The translations under genes and the position numbers were made by a program. From Rhizomicrobium sp. (GTDB lineage: Bacteria; Pseudomonadota; Alphaproteobacteria; Micropepsales; Micropepsaceae), in contig DATATP010000189.1 in NCBI GenBank assembly GCA_036268715.1, forward strand, positions 1-53,799: a DNA stretch of 53,799 bases, given 5' to 3'. The notes beneath the pieces were generated by a model. The model had not been told where the DNA came from. It did no database searches and was given only the letters and a program-made list of their open reading frames with translations. Shown one piece after another: positions 48,286 through 53,799 of the stretch (positions within the stretch are counted from its first letter, which is position 1; each line of letters opens with the position of its first letter).

Positions 48286-49554
48286 TTGAAGGTTCTTCTG
48301 ATTGGCTCGGGCGGCCGCGAGCATGCACTGGCCTGGGCTTTGGCGGCCAGCCCGCTGCTGACAAAGCTCTATTGCGCGCCGGGCAATGCCGGGATCGCGG
48401 AGCTGGCGGAATGTGTGCCCATCGCGGCGACAGATTTCGATGGGCTGAAGCAATTCGCGCTGGACGCGCGCATCGATTTCGCCGTGATCGCTGCCGATGC
48501 CCAACTGGTGGGCGGTCTGTGGGATGTGCTGGAGGCGGCTGGCATCCGGGCGCTGGGGCCATCGAAAGCGGCGGCGGTCCTGGAGGGCTCCAAAGGCTTC
48601 ATCAAGGATCTTTGCCGCGAGATCCGTATTCCCACCGCCGCCTATCGCCGCTTCCGTGAAGCGGCAGCCGCCAAGGCGTTTGCCGATACGCTGGGTCATC
48701 CCGTGGTCATCAAGGCGGACGGGCTGGCCGCAGGCAAGGGCGTCATCATTGCGGGCAGCAAGGCTGAAGCGGACAAGGCCATCGATTTGATGTTCGAAGG
48801 TGGCTTCGGCGAGAGCGGTCATGAGATCGTGGTGGAAGAATTCATGGAAGGCGAGGAAGCGAGCTTCTTCGCCTTGTCGGATGGCGAGCATGTGATCCCG
48901 CTGGCAGGGGCGCAGGATCATAAGCGGGTGGGCGAAGGCGACACCGGCCCCAACACCGGCGGCATGGGCGCCTATAGTCCCGCGCCAATGCTGCCGCCCG
49001 CGCTGGAGGCCGTGGCGATGGAAAATTTCATCGAGCCCACTATCGCCGCCCTTGCCGAACGCGGCCGGAGCTATATGGGCGTGCTGTATCTGGGGCTGAT
49101 GATCACACGCGATGGCCCGAAGCTGGTCGAATATAATTGCCGCTTCGGCGATCCCGAATGCCAGGTGCTGATGCCGCGCCTCAAGAGTGACCTGCTGACC
49201 GCGCTGCTGGCGGCGCGCGACGGAGCGCTGGGCGCGCTCGATCTGCGCTGGCGGGACGAAGCGGCACTGACTGTGGTGATGGCGTCCAAGGGTTATCCCG
49301 GCGCCTACGGGAAAGGCCATGTCATTTCCGGCCTGGCGGACGCCGCCGCCTTGCCGGGCGTGACCCTGTTTCACGCGGGAACGGCGCGCCACGGGGATGA
49401 TATCGTGGCCGTCGGCGGACGGGTACTGAACGTCACCGCCACCGGCGGGAACGTGGCTGAGGCGCGCGACCGCGCCTATGCCGCCGTGAAGCGCATCCAT
49501 TGGGAAGGCTGCTTTTACCGCAACGATATCGGCTGGCGGGCGCTTAATCGCTGA
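48286..49554 (+). CDS. purD: Phosphoribosylamine--glycine ligase
   Basis: [45 protein letters not shown]; TTG start. Confidence 0.97.
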   Translation: MKVLLIGSGGREHALAWALAASPLLTKLYCAPGNAGIAELAECVPIAATDFDGLKQFALDARIDFAVIAADAQLVGGLWDVLEAAGIRALGPSKAAAVLEGSKGFIKDLCREIRIPTAAYRRFREAAAAKAFADTLGHPVVIKADGLAAGKGVIIAGSKAEADKAIDLMFEGGFGESGHEIVVEEFMEGEEASFFALSDGEHVIPLAGAQDHKRVGEGDTGPNTGGMGAYSPAPMLPPALEAVAMENFIEPTIAALAERGRSYMGVLYLGLMITRDGPKLVEYNCRFGDPECQVLMPRLKSDLLTALLAARDGALGALDLRWRDEAALTVVMASKGYPGAYGKGHVISGLADAAALPGVTLFHAGTARHGDDIVAVGGRVLNVTATGGNVAEARDRAYAAVKRIHWEGCFYRNDIGWRALNR

Positions 49555-49565
49555 CGAGCCTACTT

Positions 49566-49590
49566 GTCATTCCCGCGAAAGCGGGATCCA
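49566..49590. repeat. REP-like half element / hairpin downstream of purD
   Basis: GTCAT-TCCCGC-GAAA-GCGGGA-TCCA: GNRA hairpin in the same GTCAT...ATCCA frame as the left half of 27023-27128. Confidence 0.7.
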
Positions 49591-49652
49591 ATTTTGATTC
49601 CGGACATCCGTCGGTAGTTGACAGCCCTGCCCCCGGCGAGGCACGCAACGCC

Positions 49653-50273
49653 ATGCTTCTGTGGGCCGGTATTTTTTCCATTCTCTGCGGCGTGGCGGCG
49701 CTCTCCATCGACCGGCGGCTGGCGCATTTCATCTACGACCATGTCTCGGCGCGCCAGCATCGCTTCCTGGACAGGATCACCCATGCCGCCAAGGCGGGTC
49801 ACTGGCTGGCGGCGTCGCTGATTGTGCTGGGAATCGCAGCCCTGGCGCGGCACTGGGGCGATGCGGGGCGCGGCGTGGCGCTGCTGATACGGTGCAGCCT
49901 TGCCTTCATCGCCGGGCTGACTCTCGGCAGCGTAATCCTGCACGCGATCAAGCTGGTCTTGGGGCGGCGGCGGCCGCGCGACGATATGGAGATGGGGCTG
50001 TACGGCTTCGTGCCTTTTGCCTTCAACCTGAATTACAATTCTTTTCCCTCCGGCCATTCGCTCACCATCATGATCGTCGCCACCATCGCCAGTTGCGTAT
50101 GGCCGGCACTGTGGCCGCTCTGGTACGGGATGGCGCTGCTGCTGGCGGGAACGCGGGCGCTGCTGACGGCGCATTTCCTCAGCGATGTGCTGATCGGCGC
50201 GGGCATCGGCCTGTTGTCGGTACGCGCGGTGTTGATCTTGCTGTTTCCTGGATTTGGGCCGGGGTGGATTTAG
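49653..50273 (+). CDS. PAP2 family phosphatase (possibly lipid A phosphatase-like)
   Basis: C1 KLVLGRRRP, C2 PSGH, C3 TRALLTAHFLSD; multiple TM segments. Confidence 0.88.
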   Translation: MLLWAGIFSILCGVAALSIDRRLAHFIYDHVSARQHRFLDRITHAAKAGHWLAASLIVLGIAALARHWGDAGRGVALLIRCSLAFIAGLTLGSVILHAIKLVLGRRRPRDDMEMGLYGFVPFAFNLNYNSFPSGHSLTIMIVATIASCVWPALWPLWYGMALLLAGTRALLTAHFLSDVLIGAGIGLLSVRAVLILLFPGFGPGWI

Positions 50274-50941
50274 CGGCTGCGTGCCAATTCGATCAGCGGC
50301 ATTTCCTCCGCGATGATCGCCGCGAAGCTGGGCCGCGCATGCAGCCTCGCTACATAGGCGGCAAACTTCGGCCAGCGGTTCCGATCCAAACTCTCTCCGG
50401 CATGAACGAAATTGACCATTACCGAAGCCACAGAAATATCGGCGATGGAAAACATGTCGCCGGCAAGAAATTGCCTGTCGCCGATCTCGCGCTCCAGATA
50501 ATCGAAATAAGGTGGCAGGATTTTGCCGACCGCCTCGCGGCACAGTTCTTCGTCCGGCGTCTGGCGCAGGAATTTCTTGACGATGCGCTGGAAGAACAGG
50601 TCCGGCCCCATCAGGGGAAACATTCCGCCATCGACATATTCCTCGAACCACAGGGCGCGGGCGCGTTCGAGCGCCACCTTGGGGAACAACGCCGGCTCGG
50701 GGTGAATATTTTCGAGATAATCGCAGATCACCGAGGAATCCGGCAAGGTCATGCCGGCCGGCCAGTCGCTGTCGCGCAGCACCGGGATGCGCTTCAGCGG
50801 CGATAGCGCCTCGAAATCCGGCGGCGGCCGGAAGGGATTGATCTGTTCCTGGGCATAAGGAATGGCTTTTTCGGCCAACACCACGCGCACCTTGCGGACG
50901 AAAGGGGATAGGTTGGCGCCATACAGGATCAGGCCCATCAT
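50270..50941 (-). CDS. Glutathione S-transferase family protein
   Basis: SPFVRKV, SPLKRIPVL, DSSVICDYLE, FSIADI. Confidence 0.93.
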   Translation of the reverse strand: MMGLILYGANLSPFVRKVRVVLAEKAIPYAQEQINPFRPPPDFEALSPLKRIPVLRDSDWPAGMTLPDSSVICDYLENIHPEPALFPKVALERARALWFEEYVDGGMFPLMGPDLFFQRIVKKFLRQTPDEELCREAVGKILPPYFDYLEREIGDRQFLAGDMFSIADISVASVMVNFVHAGESLDRNRWPKFAAYVARLHARPSFAAIIAEEMPLIELARSR

Positions 50942-51390
50942 ACCCTCCGTACACGGAAGAAATCTCTCAGCACCGCGCCCGCCGCCACTTCATCTCCGGC
51001 GCGCGCCACGGCGGGCCGGTGATGGCAGGTCGGTTGCTCGAAGATGCGGGGCCCGTGCAACACCGCACCACCCTTGGCATCCTCCGCGGCGAACACCAGC
51101 CGCGCCACCCGGGCCAGCGCCATCGCGCCCGCGCACATCGCGCAAGGTTCCAGGGAGACATAAAGGGTCGTTCCGGTCAGCCGCTCGTTGTTCCGTACCT
51201 TGGCCGCCGCCCGCATCACCAGCATCTCGGCATGCGCCGTCGGATCGCGCAATTCCAGGATGCGGTTGCCGTCCTTCACCAGCAGAGCCCCGTCAGGGCC
51301 CGCGATCACGGCGCCGACCGGCACCTCGCCGCGCAAGGCGGCGGCTTTTGCTTCGGCAAGCGCGAGTGCTATGGCTTCCTCGTCCGTCAT
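50938..51390 (-). CDS. tadA: tRNA adenosine(34) deaminase
   Basis: GEVPVGAVI, DPTAHAE, LEPCAMCAGA, LRDFF. Start MTDEEA at 51390. Confidence 0.9.
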   Translation of the reverse strand: MTDEEAIALALAEAKAAALRGEVPVGAVIAGPDGALLVKDGNRILELRDPTAHAEMLVMRAAAKVRNNERLTGTTLYVSLEPCAMCAGAMALARVARLVFAAEDAKGGAVLHGPRIFEQPTCHHRPAVARAGDEVAAGAVLRDFFRVRRV

Positions 51391-51400
51391 GGAGACTATC

Positions 51401-52234
51401 TTGGCCGAGCCCAAGTCAGAAAGCGAGCGCACCTCGCAAGCGGCCCGAGAGGGCGAGCGCCATATAAAAGCGGCCCGAGAGGGTGAGCGCACAGCACAAG
51501 CGACCCGAGAGGGTGAGCGGATAGCAAAAGTGATCGCGCGCGCCGGTGTCTGCTCGCGGCGCGATGCCGAGAAGCTGATCGCCGAAGGCCGCGTGATGCT
51601 GGACGGTGAACCCGTCACCACGCCCGCCGTCAAGGTCGGCGCCGCCAATATCGTTCTGGTGGATGGCAAGCCCATCGCAGAACCGGAACCGGCGCGCGTC
51701 TGGCGCTATCACAAGCCTACCGGCCTGGTCACCACCCACAAGGACCCGCAAGGACGTCCCACAGTGTTCGCCAGCCTGCCCAAGAACCTCAACCGCGTCG
51801 TTTCGGTCGGCCGGCTGGATTTCAACTCCGAGGGCCTTTTGCTGCTCACCAATGACGGCGATATCGCCCGGCGGCTGGAAATCCCCTCCGCCGGCTGGAC
51901 CCGGGTCTATCGCGCCCGGCTGTTCGGCAAGGTGACCCAGGCCGATCTCGACCGGCTGGCGGCAGGTGTCACCATCCAGGGCGCCAAATACGGGCCGATC
52001 GTCGCCGACCTGGAACGCAGCAAGGGCATGTATTCCTGGGCCTCCGTATCGCTGAAGGAGGGCAAGAACCGCGAGGTCAAGCGGGTGATGGAGAGCCTCG
52101 GCCTGAAGGTGGCGCGGCTGATCCGCACCGCCTATGGCCCCTTCCAGCTCGGCCATCTGGCGGAAGGCGCGGTGGAGGAGATTCCGGCCCGGCTGTGGCG
52201 GGAAAAGCTGGGAATCGGGCGCAAAAAACGATGA
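51401..52234 (+). CDS. Pseudouridine synthase with S4 domain (RluB-like)
   Basis: ERIAKVIARAGVCSRRDAE, YHKP, VGRLDFNSEGLLLLTNDG, EGKNREV, RLIRTAYG. TTG start preceded by GGAG. Confidence 0.9.
   Translation: MAEPKSESERTSQAAREGERHIKAAREGERTAQATREGERIAKVIARAGVCSRRDAEKLIAEGRVMLDGEPVTTPAVKVGAANIVLVDGKPIAEPEPARVWRYHKPTGLVTTHKDPQGRPTVFASLPKNLNRVVSVGRLDFNSEGLLLLTNDGDIARRLEIPSAGWTRVYRARLFGKVTQADLDRLAAGVTIQGAKYGPIVADLERSKGMYSWASVSLKEGKNREVKRVMESLGLKVARLIRTAYGPFQLGHLAEGAVEEIPARLWREKLGIGRKKR
51425..51530 (+). repeat. 30-bp in-frame tandem repeat (3 copies plus the native S4 start)
   Basis: Units at 51425, 51455, 51485: GAGCGC-N7-AAGCG(G/A)CCCGAGAGGG(C/T), encoding ERTSQAAREG, ERHIKAAREG, ERTAQATREG. 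Confidence 0.9.
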
Positions 52235-52275
52235 CCCGCGGCGGCTGAATCTTGTAAGAAGCCAGCTTGATCGAC

Positions 52276-52381
52276 CTAGAGGGTGACCGCGCTTCTTCGA
52301 ATCGCGACCACGCTCTAAGGTATCGATTTGTCGCGCGATCCTTCGGAAAACCGGTTTCCACTTTTCCGGATCGCGCTTTAG
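52276..52381. mobile_element. ~106-bp double-palindrome non-autonomous element (Bru-RS/rhizobial repeat-like)
   Basis: Ends CTAGAG...CTTTAG; left palindrome TAGAGGGTGACCGCG..CGCGACCACGCTCTA; right palindrome GCGCGATCC..GGAAAACCGGTTTCCACTTTTCC..GGATCGCGC. Confidence 0.75.
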
Positions 52382-52390
52382 GAGCCGACC

Positions 52391-52618
52391 ATGCGCAGGA
52401 TGAAGATGAAGATGCCGCCGCCCTATGCCGCGGAAACGAAAGATGTGCGCTTCGCCGGAACATTCGAGGTGCTGGTGCCGATACCAGACCGCAACAAGCC
52501 CCACAGGGTGCCCCGTCAATTTCCCTCTCTTTCCGCCGCCGAGGGCTGGATGCACAGCCCGGAGGGCAAGGAGATGATTGCCGAAATCCTGGAGGAAGCG
52601 GGCACGAAAAAGCACTGA
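52391..52618 (+). CDS. Small hypothetical protein (75 aa)
   Basis: AGGAG RBS, high-GC codon usage, followed by a hairpin. Confidence 0.72.
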   Translation: MRRMKMKMPPPYAAETKDVRFAGTFEVLVPIPDRNKPHRVPRQFPSLSAAEGWMHSPEGKEMIAEILEEAGTKKH

Positions 52619-52642
52619 GCGCCGCCCCGATGGAGCGGCGCT
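52618..52642. terminator. Hairpin between convergent small genes
   Basis: AGCGCCGC (52618-52625)/GCGGCGCT (52635-52642); no clear U-tract. Confidence 0.5.
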
Positions 52643-52653
52643 TCTGCCTCGGC

Positions 52654-52935
52654 TCAATGGTTCGGGTTCGATCCTCCCGACATTCCGGCATTGCCGCTCT
52701 GCGCCGGGCCCGACATGGCGCCGCCTGACATCGAACCGTTCTTCTTGTGCTTCATGGGCTTTTTCTTGGCCATGCCGTCATGGTTCATGCCCATTCCGGC
52801 GCCGTTCTGAGAGGGTCCGGACATGGACCCGCCGGACATGGCGTTGCCCGACGGGGCCGGGCCTGACATGCCTTGCGCGAAAGCGGGAGCGCTGAGCGCC
52901 ATCAGGACTGCTCCGGTGACGAGGAATTTATGCAT
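52654..52935 (-). CDS. Secreted methionine-rich low-complexity peptide (MrpX-like), 93 aa
   Basis: AAGGAG RBS, signal peptide ending AFA, 73-aa mature part with 10 Met and six MSG motifs; divergent from the ECF sigma factor. Confidence 0.85.
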   Translation of the reverse strand: MHKFLVTGAVLMALSAPAFAQGMSGPAPSGNAMSGGSMSGPSQNGAGMGMNHDGMAKKKPMKHKKNGSMSGGAMSGPAQSGNAGMSGGSNPNH

Positions 52936-52966
52936 GGGCTTCTCCTTTGCGGTTGATGCTGTCCAG

Positions 52967-52991
52967 TCCGCGCGGCCCAGGGTTCGGTTAC
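52967..52991 (-). promoter_or_regulatory. ECF16/SigF-type promoter for the Met-rich peptide
   Basis: Minus strand GTAACC-N15-CGGA. Confidence 0.65.
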
Positions 52992-53004
52992 GGGATATTT
53001 TGCT

Positions 53005-53029
53005 GTAACCTTCGGCAGCCACGCACGAA
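53005..53029 (+). promoter_or_regulatory. ECF16/SigF-type autoregulatory promoter
   Basis: GTAACC-N15-CGAA upstream of the GGAG RBS and TTG start of the sigma gene. Confidence 0.75.
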
Positions 53030-53045
53030 TGATCTGGAGCCGCCG

Positions 53046-53588
53046 TTGATCGCCCAGGAGGCGCAATACCGGGAGTGGATGCTGGCCGCCCTGGCCGGCG
53101 ACGCAGCCGCCTACCGGATGCTGCTTGCCGGACTGACGCGGCATTTGCGGGGTTATTATGCGCGGCGCCTGGATTCCGCCGCAGCCGAGGATGCGGTGCA
53201 GGAAACCTTGATTGCCATTCACACAAGGCGCGCGACCTACGATCCGGCGCAACCATTGACAGCCTGGGTCTATGGCATAGCGCGCTACAAGCTGATCGAC
53301 GAATACCGCCGCGCCAAACGTCGCGCCGCCGTTCCATTGGACGAGGCTGGAGACTTGTTCGCCGCCGACGGGGAAGCCGCAGCCACCGCCCGGCGTGATG
53401 TCGAGAAGCTGCTGGCGCGCCTTCCGGAAGCCAAGCGCAGGCTGGTGCGGGAGGTGAAGCTGGAGGGCCGTGCCATCGCCGATATTTCGGCGGAGACCGG
53501 CCTTTCGGAATCGGCGGTGAAGGTGACGGTGCACCGGGCCTTGAAATCGATCGCGGACGATGTCGGAGCATCCGATGCAGACCGATGA
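53046..53588 (+). CDS. ECF RNA polymerase sigma factor (ECF16/SigF type)
   Basis: AGDAAAYRMLL, EDAVQETLIAIHTRRATYD, IARYKLID, SESAVKVTVHRALK; followed by an NrsF-like gene. Confidence 0.92.
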   Translation: MIAQEAQYREWMLAALAGDAAAYRMLLAGLTRHLRGYYARRLDSAAAEDAVQETLIAIHTRRATYDPAQPLTAWVYGIARYKLIDEYRRAKRRAAVPLDEAGDLFAADGEAAATARRDVEKLLARLPEAKRRLVREVKLEGRAIADISAETGLSESAVKVTVHRALKSIADDVGASDADR

Positions 53589-53799
53589 GCTGATCGGCGC
53601 CTTGTCGGCGCAGCTTGAGCCGGTGAGGAAAGGCGCGGTGGCCCGCACCTTGGCGCTCGGACTCGGGCTGGGCGCGCTGGGCTCGATACTGCTGATGGTG
53701 GCGATCCTCGGCGTCCGCCGCGATCTTGCCGGCGCGTTGGCGGGAAGCGCTTTCTGGATAAAATTTTCCTATACCCTGGTGATCGCGCTGCTGGCGGTC
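53575..53799 (+). CDS. NrsF/DUF1109 family anti-sigma factor, 3' end outside the window
   Basis: Manual translation MQTDELIGALSAQLEPVR...LGVRRDLAGALAGSAFWIKFSYTL matches the NrsF N-terminal pattern; overlaps the sigma gene end. Confidence 0.85.
   Translation, partial: MQTDELIGALSAQLEPVRKGAVARTLALGLGLGALGSILLMVAILGVRRDLAGALAGSAFWIKFSYTLVIALLAV

Noticed and set aside
48239-48562. Long N-terminal extensions in the ORF track for xseA (also rsmE, tadA, pmbA, lpxL, M23, methyltransferase, sigma factor)
   Set aside because: The extensions overlap neighbouring real genes; downstream starts fit family N-termini, RBS or promoter geometry better.
51425-51530. Possible mini-CRISPR (constant repeat with variable core)
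   Set aside because: Variable parts are only 7 nt, the units are in-frame within a CDS, and no cas genes are present.
52267-52728. 153-aa ORF spanning the palindromic element
   Set aside because: Its N-terminus is a translation of the repeat and it overlaps the better supported 52391-52618 gene.

Overview
High-GC alphaproteobacterial chromosome segment; gene content and order resemble Caulobacterales/Hyphomicrobiales/Micropepsales, and the exact taxon cannot be determined from this window. It is mostly housekeeping: glycine cleavage operon (gcvT-H-PA-PB) under a tandem glycine riboswitch, argS, thrB-rnhA, a peroxiredoxin, a membrane PAS-GGDEF-EAL protein, an aa3 cytochrome c oxidase operon running into surf1-thrC-M16 peptidase-GNAT, tldD and pmbA, gshA, rsmE/ubiA, ubiD, a lipid A cluster (msbA-waaA-lpxK-lpxL), xseA/purD and tadA/rluB. 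No transposase, integrase, tRNA/rRNA or CRISPR array was seen. Best leads: (1) two tandem secreted double-domain aspartic proteases sharing a near-identical ~160-175 bp leader (ubiD 3' end, hairpin, signal peptide) but with strongly divergent bodies, suggesting a constant-leader/variable-payload cassette; (2) an ECF16 SigF-NrsF module with back-to-back GTAACC-N15-CG(A/G)A promoters and a divergent secreted methionine-rich peptide; (3) a cox operon lacking ctaG/cox11, with a loop insertion in subunit III; (4) a recurring leaderless-promoter geometry; (5) several small palindromic elements at gene junctions, one captured inside rsmE. All product calls rest on motif recognition, not database searches.
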